DNA of 64,000 nucleotides from an uncultured delta proteobacterium (lineage in GTDB: Bacteria; Myxococcota; Myxococcia; Myxococcales; Myxococcaceae): NCBI GenBank assembly GCA_963771175.1, contig CAVYSY010000006.1:64001-128000 (forward strand), in the 5' to 3' direction. Each line of letters opens with the position of its first letter. Position 1 is the stretch's first letter. A program made the position numbers and the translations under genes. Positions 54,795 through 64,000 of the stretch are shown here, piece by piece. Below the pieces are notes generated by a model that ran no database searches, was not told the origin of the DNA, and was given only the letters and a program-made list of their open reading frames with translations.

Positions 54795-55337
54795 ATGCCG
54801 ATGAGCACGACGGGCCTGGTGGAGAGGCTGAAGGGGGCGGCGGTGAAGGTGGGCACCGAGGGGGTACGCAGGGTCGTGGAGGGCACCGTCGTGGCGGTGA
54901 AGATGATGGACCGCCTCCAGGAGTTGCTGCCCGACCGGGAGCGGGTGATGCGGGTGACGCGCGAGCCGGCCCCGGGTGCCGGACAGCTCCGGGTGGAGGG
55001 GCCCGACCTGGAGCGCCCCATCCCCGCCCGCCCCGTCAGTGCCCGTCCCGTCACCACCCGCCGCCCGGCGAAGGTGTCGCGAGTCGAGGCGAAAGCCACG
55101 GCGGAGCGCGTGCTGGCGGAGGTCGAGGCCGTGCGGGAGCGCATCAAGGAAGCCCGCCCCGCGCGGCGCCCCCTGAAGGTCCGGTCCGACGTGGAGCTGC
55201 CGGAGGACACGCCGAAGCAGCGCAAGACGGCCCGGACGACGGGTCGCAAGACGAGTCCCCTGGCGGCCTCGGCCCCCAAGCGTGTCACGGCGAAGGCGGG
55301 CCTCAAGGCGAAGCGCGGACAGAAGCTCCGCCACTGA
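54795..55337 (+). CDS. Basic hypothetical protein
   Basis: K/R-rich tail KAGLKAKRGQK; GC3-biased frame. Confidence 0.6.
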   Translation: MPMSTTGLVERLKGAAVKVGTEGVRRVVEGTVVAVKMMDRLQELLPDRERVMRVTREPAPGAGQLRVEGPDLERPIPARPVSARPVTTRRPAKVSRVEAKATAERVLAEVEAVRERIKEARPARRPLKVRSDVELPEDTPKQRKTARTTGRKTSPLAASAPKRVTAKAGLKAKRGQKLRH

Positions 55338-55351
55338 GCCGCCGGCCCGAG

Positions 55352-55933
55352 CTACCTGCGCGTCACCTTCGGCGAGGCGGTGGCGCGCGGAACCACCTTG
55401 CTGCGCATCCGCGAGCTCTTCATGGAAATGCCCGAGGCCTTCATCTGCGCGGCCTTCTCGGCGGCGAGCCGCTCGGCCTCGGCCTTGCGAGCGGTCTCGT
55501 CGGCGGCGAGCCGGGCGCGGTACTGGACGAGCGTCTCGCGCATTCCCTCGGCGGTGAGGTCCACCCGGGCCAGGTGCAGCCGGTAGAGCAGGTCCTCGCG
55601 GAGGGTGCCCTTGCCGCGCGCCTGCTCCACGGCGCCCGAGAGGCCGACGACGACCTTGGGCCGCTCCTCCTGCGTCTGCAGGCAGCGGACGATGAGCCCC
55701 TGGACCTGGGGATTGAGCTTGGACACGTCGGGGATGAACACCACCCCCCGGGGCTTGCGCAGCGCCTCGCTCACCAGCTCGGGCTGGCGGACCTCCACCA
55801 ACGGCCCCTCGTGGGAAAAGCTCCTCGCGGCGGCCGCCGCCCAGGTGCGCCGCTCGTCTTCCGTTCCCCCGGTCAACAGCACCGAGGCCCGGTTCGCCAC
55901 GAGCTCCTCTTCGCGATAACCCCGCGGTGTCAA
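55352..55933 (-). CDS. Degenerate sigma54-activator-like AAA fragment protein
   Basis: TTG start; SVLLTGG, VQGLI and LREDLLYRL resemble the bEBP core, but Walker K and GAFTGA are absent. Confidence 0.65.
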   Translation of the reverse strand: MTPRGYREEELVANRASVLLTGGTEDERRTWAAAAARSFSHEGPLVEVRQPELVSEALRKPRGVVFIPDVSKLNPQVQGLIVRCLQTQEERPKVVVGLSGAVEQARGKGTLREDLLYRLHLARVDLTAEGMRETLVQYRARLAADETARKAEAERLAAEKAAQMKASGISMKSSRMRSKVVPRATASPKVTRR

Positions 55934-56025
55934 AGGCAGACCTCCCCCGTCATTGACTGCGTTGACAAAGCCTAACGCAAATCGGGTTTCTCGTCGAATC
56001 CCCCCAAGCACGCCAGGGCCGATAC

Positions 56026-57385
56026 TCAGGCGTGGAGGACCATGACGGGCCGCCGGCACTTCGCCACCAGGGCCCGGGCCACCGACTCGCTGAAGAAACC
56101 GGAATGACCCGGTGCGTCGGAAGTCCCCAGGCACACCAGGTCCACGCCCTCGCGCTCGGTGGCCTGGCAGATGGCGCGGGCCACGTCGTCGCCGGTGACG
56201 CCCTCCATCGTCCAGTGCACCTCCCGGGCCCCCTCCTCCCGGGGCACCAGCGAGCGCAGCCGCTCCATCACCCCCGAGCGCTCCGCCGGGGGCTCGGGCA
56301 CCACGCCGTATTGGTCCATCACCCACGCGCGCTCCGAGCCCCGACGCCGGTGCACGTGCAGCAGGTGCACCCGCCCCCCGGGACGCACCAGCGAGCGGGC
56401 CTGGGCGATGGCGCGAGCACTGGCCTCGGAGAAGTCCACCGGCACCAGCACGGCGCGCGGCGGCACGGCCTTGCGGGCCAGCGGCTGGGTGGGAGGCACG
56501 CACGCCACGGACTGCTCGGCATGGCGCAGCACGCCCGCGGACACCGAGCCATGCCACAGCCGCGCCATCCCCCCGCGCTGGTGCGTCCCCACCACGACGA
56601 GGTCCACCCGCGCGCGCGTGCGCCACGTGCAGCAGGTGGTCCGCGGGGCGACCGAAGCCGGGCTCCAGGTGCAGCTCCAACCGGCCCTCGCCGGGGAGCT
56701 CTCCCACCCGCTCGGCCAGCTCGCGCAGCAGCACGCGCTCCACCTCGGGGTCCAACACCTCGATGCGGCGAACCCCCGGGTCGAGCAGCTCCAGGTGCAC
56801 GGGGGTGTGGATGCCCAGCCGCTCGCGCTCCTCCACGGGCGAGCACACGGAGACGGCCACCACGTCACAGGGGCCCACGCGGCGCAGCTCGTGCAGCCAG
56901 GCGAGGGCGGCGGCGGCGGTGGGCGAGTCATCCGCCCCGACGAGCGTCAGCAACCGGCGCCGGCCTCGCGCCCAGTCGAGGAGCGACTCCCCATCGCGGC
57001 GCACCACCAGCACCGGCCCATGGGCATGCTGCGCGACGCGCTCGTACACGGGGGCGCGACGCCAGGAGACGGGGCTCCAGCCCTCGGCGGCGAGGAGGAG
57101 CAGCCGGGCACCGCGGACGAGCTCGTCCTCGAGAAGCACGGTGCCAGGAGGGCCCTCCAGCAGCCGCACGTCCACCTGGAGACCCGGGGTGCGCAGCCGG
57201 GCGGCCTCGGCCTGGAGACGTCCGCGCGCCTCCTCCTGGGTGACGGGGGCCTCGGGAGCGGGGCGCTCCCGGTCGAGCACGCCGAGGAGCCACAGCGACT
57301 CCCCCAGCCGGGCGGCGATGGCCGCCGAGGCGGTGGCGGCGCGGGCCGCCGGTTCCGACAGATTCGTGACGCAGACCACCGGCAT
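56026..57385 (-). CDS. Triple-domain universal stress protein (frameshift ~56610)
   Basis: VCVTNLS, LVVVGTH..GSVS and VLVPVDFS..DLVCLGT..RPVMV motifs. Confidence 0.88.
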
Positions 57386-57566
57386 GACGGCCTCCCACAG
57401 CGGGCGGACCCTTCACAGGGAAAACCCGCGCCGCAAGGATGACCATCGAGGGATGGCGGTGGAGCCCCCCCTCCCCGTGTCCTCGCGAGCACGTCCCTCC
57501 CCCCTCCCACCGGGAGCGGAGAAGAGAGGGAGGGAGGCTCGGGTGCCGGGAATACGGGGCGCGGAG

Positions 57567-57953
57567 CTACTTCGGCAGCAGCACCGAGTGCCCGTCGTAT
57601 TGGGTGTGGTCCTGGTTGACCCCGTTGCCGCCGCGCAACCCATCCTGCCCGTTGTCCTGCAGGAAGGGCCGCTGCCCGTCGCTGGCATAGAGGTACGGGC
57701 GACCCCAGGGGTTCTGCGGCACGGCCGGGAGGTACTTGGGCACGAGGAAGGAGAGGTCTCCCTCCTCGGGCAGGGAGCCGTGCTCGGCGCGGTAGGCCTC
57801 GAGGGCCGCGAGCACCCGGGTGAAGTCCGCGTGCACCTGGACCGCGGCGGGGTCGTGCTTGCCGCGGAGGCCGAGCACCACGATGACGCCGAGGAGCAGC
57901 AAGGCGATCGGCACGACAAAGAGCATCAGGTGGGGGCGGCGGCGTGGCGTCAC
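57567..57953 (-). CDS. GspG-like pseudopilin-domain protein
   Basis: N-terminal TM; ALEAYR, LVPKYL..NPWGRPYLY and GQDGLRGG..D motifs. Confidence 0.7.
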   Translation of the reverse strand: MTPRRRPHLMLFVVPIALLLLGVIVVLGLRGKHDPAAVQVHADFTRVLAALEAYRAEHGSLPEEGDLSFLVPKYLPAVPQNPWGRPYLYASDGQRPFLQDNGQDGLRGGNGVNQDHTQYDGHSVLLPK

Positions 57954-57973
57954 GGAGACCTCTCGGCCCACGC

Positions 57974-59533
57974 CTACCACAGCGCGCGGAAGAGCGGCAC
58001 CGGATGTGGCTTGCCCTTGAGGCGCACGGGGGGCAGCTCCTCGAAGCCCGCCTCGTGACCGGCCAGCAGGGCGACGGTGCGCTCGCCCACCAGGATTTCA
58101 CCCGGCCCGGCCAGGGCGCACAGGCGCGCGGCCACGTTCACCGCGTCGCCGATGCAGGTGTACTCGGTGCGCATGGCGCCGCCGATGTTGCCGGCCACCA
58201 CCATGCCCGAGTTGATGCCGATGCCCAGCTCGAGCGTGAGGGGCGGCCCTCGCGGGTGGCGGCCCACTCGGCCCGGGCGCGCTCCTTCAGCTCGACCTGA
58301 GGCCATCATCATCTTCGCGGACTGCAGCGCGCGCAGCGGGTCGTCCGCGCGGCCCACCGGGCGCGCCGAAGACGGCCATCAGCCCGTCGCCGAGGAACTT
58401 GTCCAGCGTGCCGCCGCAGGTCGAGCACCGCGTCGGACAGCCCGCCCAGCACCTGGTTGAGCACGCCGCACCACCTGCTCTGGCGGGAGGCTGCTCGGCG
58501 AGCCCGGTGAAGTTGCGGATGTCGGCGAAGAGGACGGTCACCTCGCGCTTCTCGCCGGTGAGCACCACCGCGTCGGGGCTCTTGAGAATCTCCTCCACCA
58601 CCGCGTCGGAGGTGTAGCGGGCGAAGAGCTTGCGCATCCGCTCCGTCTCGCCGGTGCGGCGCATGACGCTCTCAATGCGCGCGGCGAGCTCGTCCATGGA
58701 GGCGCACTTGTTGACGTAGTCGTCGGCGCCGGCGCGCAGGCCCTTCACCCGCTCGGTGTCGGTGTCGTTGGCGGTGAGGATGATGACGGGCACCGCGCCG
58801 GGTGGGGCCTTCCTTGAGGCGCCGGCACAGCTCCATGCCGTCGAGGCCGGGCATGTCCAGGTCGGTCAGGACGATGGCCGGCTGCACCTTGCCCACGCTG
58901 CTCCAGGGCCTCGTAGGGGTCCTGGAAGCACACCACCTCGTAGCCGAGCGACACGAGGCCCTCCTGCACGAAGGCGCAGGCCAGGGGGCTGTCGTCCACC
59001 ACCATGACGCGGTGGTGGCCCCCCTCCTGCGCCGGCACGCTCGGGGTGGCCTCCTGACGGCCGGCGAGGCGGCCCTGGAGGCTGAGGCCCTCGTAGAGCT
59101 GCTTGTAGGAGCAGAACCCGTTCTGCACGAGGATTTCGCCCAGCTTGCGGCCGGTGCGGCGCTGGAGGGCGAGCGCCTCGTCGAGCTGCGACTCGGTGAG
59201 GTACTTGAGGCCCACGAGCAGCTCGCCCAGCGGGGGATGGTCGGGGGCGGAGCCCTGGGGCGCGTGGTGCAGGCCGAGCGCCTCGCCGAGGGCGTCCTGA
59301 ATCTGCTGGCGGGTGACGTAGCCGAGCGAGATGAGGGCCTCGCCGAGCCGCTGGCCATTGAGGGACTGAAGGGCGAGGGCCTCCTCAATCTGATTGGGCG
59401 TGACGATGCCGAGCTTGAGCAGGAGCTCGCCGAAGAGAGGGCTGTCCGCGCGAACCGCGGGGCGGTTGCCGCCATCGGCGCGCGCAGCGGGCGCCAGGGG
59501 CTCCAGGACAGGACGGGTCAACGGGCTCTCCAC
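57974..59533 (-). CDS. Tandem MshEN + receiver + class III adenylate/guanylate cyclase (multiple frameshifts)
   Basis: FGELL/RLGEAL and [37 protein letters not shown] and [11 protein letters not shown]. Confidence 0.85.
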
Positions 59534-59676
59534 CTTCCGAAAAGGGTGACTCCGGGGTCACAGCGTACCCCAGCCTCCCGGGTGGAGAAATCCGCAGTCA
59601 CACTCCCCCGCCCGGTCTCCAGGCGAGCATCGGAAACCTCGCGAACCCCGCCCTCTCCGGATAAGGGCCCCGTGCC

Positions 59677-62541
59677 CTACCCCCGAGGCAGCTCCACGGT
59701 GAAGGTGGAGCCCTCGCCCGGAGCGCTCCGCACGAGGATGTGGCCGCCGTGGGACTCGATGATTTCGCGCGAAATCCACAGCCCCAGGCCGAGCCCCTGG
59801 AACTCCTTGCTCGTCACCGCGCGCTCGAAGCGGTCGAAGATGCGGGACTGGTCCTCGGGGGCGATGCCAATCCCGGAGTCCTTCACCACCAGCCGGACGA
59901 GCCCCTCGCCCGCGGACTCCACACGCACCTCCACCGGCTGGCCGCGCCCGTACTTGGCCGCGTTGGACAGCAGGTTGCCCACCACCTGCTCCAGCCGCAC
60001 CCGGTCCCAGCGCCCCACCACCTGCGCGTCCGCCACCAGCTTCACCTCGCTGCCCGCGCGGGCGAGCGCCTCGGACATGCGCCCCACCGCGTCGCGAGTG
60101 AGCGCCGCCAGGTCCACCTCCTCGCGCTCCAGCTTCATCCGCCCCGCGGTGATGCGGCCCGCGTCCAGCAACTCGTCGATGAGCGCGCCGAGCCGCTCGC
60201 TGGTGCGCTCGGCCTTCTCCACGCGCTGGGCCAGCCCCGGCGTGGTGGCCACGTCCCGCGCCACGCGCGCCAGCATCTGGATTTGCAGCCGCAGCGCGCT
60301 CAGCGGCGTCTTCAGCTCGTGTCCCGCCACCGAGAGGAAGTCGTCGCGCAACCGCACCGCCTCGGTGGCCGCGCCGTACAGCCGCGCGTCCTCGATGGCC
60401 AGCGCCGCCCGCTCCGCCAGACTCTGGAGGAGCATCTGGTCCTCCTCGTTGAAGGGGCGGCCCCCGGCCACGTCCCGCACCACGCCCAGGGTGCCGAACA
60501 CCCGCCCCTTGGCCGCCAGCGGCACCACCAGCAGGCTCTGCGGGCCGTAGCGCTCCAGATAGGGCAGGTACTCCGGCAGCGAGCCCATGGAGCGCGCATC
60601 GTCCATATCCACGTCCGGCAGCAGCACCGCGCGCCCCTGGGACACGACGGTGCCGTGGAGCCCCTCGCCCAGCCCCTGCCGGCGCGCGTGCACCGTGCCG
60701 GCCAGCAACCAGCGCGCCTCCGGGTCCGGGTGGTGGATGGTGACGGGCTCCAGGAAGGCCCCGTCCTCGGCCATGAGCTGCAACACGCACCCGTCGCCGA
60801 TGACCTCGGACACCTTGCGCGCAATCACATCCAGCACCGCGGGCAGGTCCAACCCCGCCTCGGCCAGCAGCCGATCCACCTCCACGAGGATGCGCAGGCG
60901 CGCGGCGTTCCACCGGGACTCGGCCTCCGCGGCCCGGGCCTTGCGCAGCAGGCGCGCGTTGTCGATGGCCATCCCCGCGCGCGCCGCCAGGTCCTCCGCC
61001 AGCGAGCGGTCCGCATCGGTGAAGGGCTCTCGCGCCGGCCCGCGCACGAAGGACATGGCCCCCAGGGTGCGCTGGCGCGCCATCAGCGGCACGATGATGA
61101 ACGAGCCCCCCGCTGGCTTCTCCCCGGACCGGTCCTCCTCCTTCCGCGTGAAGGGAGGCACCAGCCCGGTGACGAGCTGCGAGCGTCCGGTGCGCACCAC
61201 GTCCGTGATGGCCGAGGGCCTCGCGCGCTCCGGGGAGTAGCCTTCAATCTCGTCATGCAGCAGCCCGCGCTCGGGCCGCGAGTGCTGCACGGTGAGCCGC
61301 CGCAGGGCGCCGCGGTCGTCGAGGAAGTCCACCGCGCACCAGTCCGAGAAGCCCCCCACCGCGAGCCGAGCCACCCCGGCCACCGTCGTCTCCCACTCCA
61401 GCGAGCCGGACAGCAGCACGCCCGCGTCCGCCAGCAGTTGCAGCCGCTGCCCGGCGGCCTCGGCCTGGAGCCGCGCCTCGCGCTCGTTCTCGTACAGGCG
61501 CGCCCGCTCCAGGGCCTGCGCGCACTGGCGGGCCAGCCCCAGCATGAGGGTGCGCTCCAGCTCGGTGAAGCGCCGCGCCTGCGCGAAGCCGAAGGCCAGC
61601 ACGCCCAGGCAGCGGTGCTCCACCATCAACGGTAGGAAGGCGAAGGCCTGCCGGGACAGGAGCGTCATGAGCGGGGCGAAGCCGGGGTAGCGCGCGCGCG
61701 CGTCCTCCGGCGACTCCACCCACACCGGCAGGCCGCGCGTCGCCTCGTCGAAGCCGGGCACGTCCGAGCGCAGGGGCATCTTCCGGAAGGGGGCCACCTC
61801 CTCCTCGCCGCAGCCCACCACGGCGATCAGCTCCACCGACTTCCCATCCGCCGAGGCCTGGTGCACGGTGCCGCCCACCGCGCCCACGGCGGGCACGCCC
61901 AGCTCCAGCACGGCGCGCCCCACGTCCTCGCGGGTGAGGGCGCGACCGAAGGCCTCCGTCACCGCCTGGATGCTGGTGAGGCGCAGCAGCTCGGCCTGCT
62001 CGGCCTCGGCACGGGCCTGCAGCGCGGCGGTGCGCCCGGACTCCACCAGCCGACCGCGCTCGATGGCCAGCCCCGCGAGCTGCGCGTACAGGGTGAAGCG
62101 CCGCGTCTCCTCCGGGCAGAAGACGCGCGGCACGGGCGACACCCCCAGCAGCGTGCCCACGCAGCTCCCATTCGAGGCCAGCACCGGCAGGGCCAGCAGC
62201 GACGAGGCCCCCAGCCGCTCCACCGTGGCGGCGAACGCGTGCTCCATCCTCGACTCGCCCAGGTGGAACTCCAACGGGGTGGACTCCAGACGCCCCTGCT
62301 CCAGCAGCCACCGCGCACACGCGGCCACCGCCTCGGGCGGCAGCCCGGGCGAGGCTTGGGTCAACAACGCCCCGGCTGGCTCCCTCCAGGCGATGGCCGC
62401 GCGCTCCAGGCCGAGAGAGGCCGCGGAGCACCGCGCCACCTCCGCCAGCACGGCCGTCGCCGATGAAGCGGACGCGAGCTGCTCCAGCGCGCGCGAGATG
62501 CGCTCCACCGCCGCGACCAGACTGCCTCCGGGCATGTGCAT
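59677..62541 (-). CDS. Multi-GAF (4x) histidine kinase
   Basis: Repeated GAF motifs (..F...E..L...A..A.LAI); GHELKTPL, NAAKY, DSGIGI and GLGLGL. Confidence 0.93.
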   Translation of the reverse strand: MHMPGGSLVAAVERISRALEQLASASSATAVLAEVARCSAASLGLERAAIAWREPAGALLTQASPGLPPEAVAACARWLLEQGRLESTPLEFHLGESRMEHAFAATVERLGASSLLALPVLASNGSCVGTLLGVSPVPRVFCPEETRRFTLYAQLAGLAIERGRLVESGRTAALQARAEAEQAELLRLTSIQAVTEAFGRALTREDVGRAVLELGVPAVGAVGGTVHQASADGKSVELIAVVGCGEEEVAPFRKMPLRSDVPGFDEATRGLPVWVESPEDARARYPGFAPLMTLLSRQAFAFLPLMVEHRCLGVLAFGFAQARRFTELERTLMLGLARQCAQALERARLYENEREARLQAEAAGQRLQLLADAGVLLSGSLEWETTVAGVARLAVGGFSDWCAVDFLDDRGALRRLTVQHSRPERGLLHDEIEGYSPERARPSAITDVVRTGRSQLVTGLVPPFTRKEEDRSGEKPAGGSFIIVPLMARQRTLGAMSFVRGPAREPFTDADRSLAEDLAARAGMAIDNARLLRKARAAEAESRWNAARLRILVEVDRLLAEAGLDLPAVLDVIARKVSEVIGDGCVLQLMAEDGAFLEPVTIHHPDPEARWLLAGTVHARRQGLGEGLHGTVVSQGRAVLLPDVDMDDARSMGSLPEYLPYLERYGPQSLLVVPLAAKGRVFGTLGVVRDVAGGRPFNEEDQMLLQSLAERAALAIEDARLYGAATEAVRLRDDFLSVAGHELKTPLSALRLQIQMLARVARDVATTPGLAQRVEKAERTSERLGALIDELLDAGRITAGRMKLEREEVDLAALTRDAVGRMSEALARAGSEVKLVADAQVVGRWDRVRLEQVVGNLLSNAAKYGRGQPVEVRVESAGEGLVRLVVKDSGIGIAPEDQSRIFDRFERAVTSKEFQGLGLGLWISREIIESHGGHILVRSAPGEGSTFTVELPRG

Positions 62542-62687
62542 GCCCCACCCCCCAGCCCGATCCACACCAGCACCGGGCGTGAAGAGGAGTTTTCCATGAT
62601 TTCCCGCCGTCGCCCACCCGCGCCCGAGCGGAGCGTCCGCTACAGGATGAACGGAAACCTCCGTTCTGTCCGGGCGTCCACCACCGC

Positions 62688-63809
62688 TCAGTGCTCTACG
62701 ACACTGAGGAGGGCGAAGACGATCTCCAGGACGATGAGGAGCACGACGGTGAGCTCGAGGGTGTGGCTTCTATCCGTGTCCACCTCGCCCTTGAGCAGCC
62801 CGTAGGTCTGGGCGAGGAGCTGCTGCTTGCGCGTCACCGAGGCCTGCCAGGCGGGGATGCGCATGCGCTTGACGGCGGCCTCGTACACCTTGGCCAGGTA
62901 GAAATCGCCGATGATTTTGAGGCTGTTCTCCACGCGCTCGATGAACTCGTTGAGGTCCACCAGGGTGGCGAGCGTCTCGCGGGCCAGGGCGCGGTAGGGG
63001 CTGCGGAACAGGGCCCGGAAGCCATGGCGTCGAGCCTGCACCTGGTCATGGGTGCGGCCGATGTGGGCATCCAGCAGGTAGTCGTAGTAGCGGAACTCCA
63101 GGAGCTGGGCGTTGGCCACCTCCAACAAGTCCGGGATGTCGCTGGAGCCGGAGGGCTCGTAGACGAAGGCGCTGTTCCAGTCCACGACGACCAGGTCATC
63201 CACGGTGTAGCTGAAGCGGGACTGGGTGACGGACTCGCGCTCGCGCGCCGAGAGCGGCTTGTCGTCGACCTCCCCCAGCAGCACCCGGGCGAGGTCCGCG
63301 CGGGCCATCAGCTCCTCGGCGGAGGGGTTGCCCTGAATCCGCTCGACGAAGAGGACGGTGTAGCTCTCGTTCTGCTCCCACAGGTGCGGCCCCTGCACGG
63401 CGGGAGCAATCATCATCCGCACCGACTCGATGAGCTCCAGGGCGAGCTCCTCCAGGGCCACGCTGTCGTACAGCTCATCGGCGAGCGCGGTGAGCGCCTC
63501 GAAGGAGGTGCCCGAGGGGACGGGGACGCGGAGGATGATGGAGGCGGCGCCGTGGTCGAAGAGGCGCGCCGTCACGTCCACGGTGACGGGCCCGTGGCGC
63601 AGGGCGAGGGGGCGCCGCCCCAGCTCGAAGGCCAGGGGCGGGTTGGGGAGCTGGAGGTACTGGCTGTTCTCCCGGCCGAGCTTGAGGCGGCGGGTGTCCG
63701 AGGTGAGGACGCGGCGGGCCTGCTCGAGGTTGAGCTCCTCGGCGATGTCAAAGGTGCGGTAACAGAGGACGTGAGCCTTCTCGAAGACGAGCGGAGCCGC
63801 GGACATCAT
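62688..63809 (-). CDS. Hypothetical protein, RMD1/DUF155-like with C-terminal TM
   Basis: QLLEFRYYD...LELTVVLLIVLEI C-terminal pattern. Confidence 0.65.
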   Translation of the reverse strand: MMSAAPLVFEKAHVLCYRTFDIAEELNLEQARRVLTSDTRRLKLGRENSQYLQLPNPPLAFELGRRPLALRHGPVTVDVTARLFDHGAASIILRVPVPSGTSFEALTALADELYDSVALEELALELIESVRMMIAPAVQGPHLWEQNESYTVLFVERIQGNPSAEELMARADLARVLLGEVDDKPLSARERESVTQSRFSYTVDDLVVVDWNSAFVYEPSGSSDIPDLLEVANAQLLEFRYYDYLLDAHIGRTHDQVQARRHGFRALFRSPYRALARETLATLVDLNEFIERVENSLKIIGDFYLAKVYEAAVKRMRIPAWQASVTRKQQLLAQTYGLLKGEVDTDRSHTLELTVVLLIVLEIVFALLSVVEH

Positions 63810-63830
63810 AAGAGGCCACAGCTTAGCCCC

Positions 63831-64000
63831 TCACTCGGCCCACAGGAGGCGCAACGGCAGCTCCAGCGCGCTGAAAGGTTCGGCACGAACGGTCTCCGAG
63901 CCCGAGTGCAGCTCACGCAGCGCGTAGCGACGGCCGTCGAGCTCGAGCTCCTCCAGGGTGCGGACCTCGGGGTCCACCAGCCACACGTGGCGGATGCCCT
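63831..64000 (-). CDS. Uma2-family endonuclease, 3' part (truncated by window edge)
   Basis: GIRHVWLVDPEVRTLE...VRAEPF..LELPL..LW. Confidence 0.85.
   Translation of the reverse strand, partial: GIRHVWLVDPEVRTLEELELDGRRYALRELHSGSETVRAEPFSALELPLRLLWAE

Noticed and set aside
55352..57385. 677-aa USP-AAA fusion ORF
   Set aside because: Frameshift at ~56610 causes read-through. The true USP C-terminus is in ORF 56026..56931.

Overview
A 64-kb, very GC-rich chromosomal window from a myxobacterium, most likely Archangium/Cystobacter-like. This is inferred from SitA-type lipoprotein toxins, a VegA-like Zn protein, a Uma2 nuclease, multi-GAF kinases and many lipoproteins. About 60 genes are recognisable. 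Roughly a third carry 1-bp frameshifts, often in or near G/C runs, which points to long-read indel errors; I give reconstructed gene spans. Housekeeping content includes tkt, pxpA-B/pxpC, a GST, ampG, mtnP/mtnA/class II aldolase, an ArsA/Get3 pair, SCO, a macrodomain, a USP and two large histidine kinases. Accessory or conflict loci include an ABC-type AAA ATPase with a TOPRIM-like partner, an Rpn-like nuclease with an internal RBS, a SitA-like toxin/immunity pair, a metzincin lipoprotein pair and a LysM-C39-PGB-GH19 lysin. The most striking non-coding signal is a family of ~60-bp intergenic dyads with five units. Each has a GC outer arm, an 8-bp free spacer, a 27-bp core containing AACYTGTCC-N7-GKACARGTT, an 8-bp spacer and an outer arm. 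An IS1182-family element sits exactly in the 3-bp centre of one unit. Other candidate uncharacterised systems are a 4-His cytochrome b/YceI/double-Rieske operon, a 2xMshEN-REC-class III cyclase, a J-domain/Zn-ribbon/ubiquitin-like protein, and a clan CD-like peptidase with a separate propeptide-like partner. No rRNA, tRNA or CRISPR array was seen. Domain calls come from motif recognition by eye, with no database searches.
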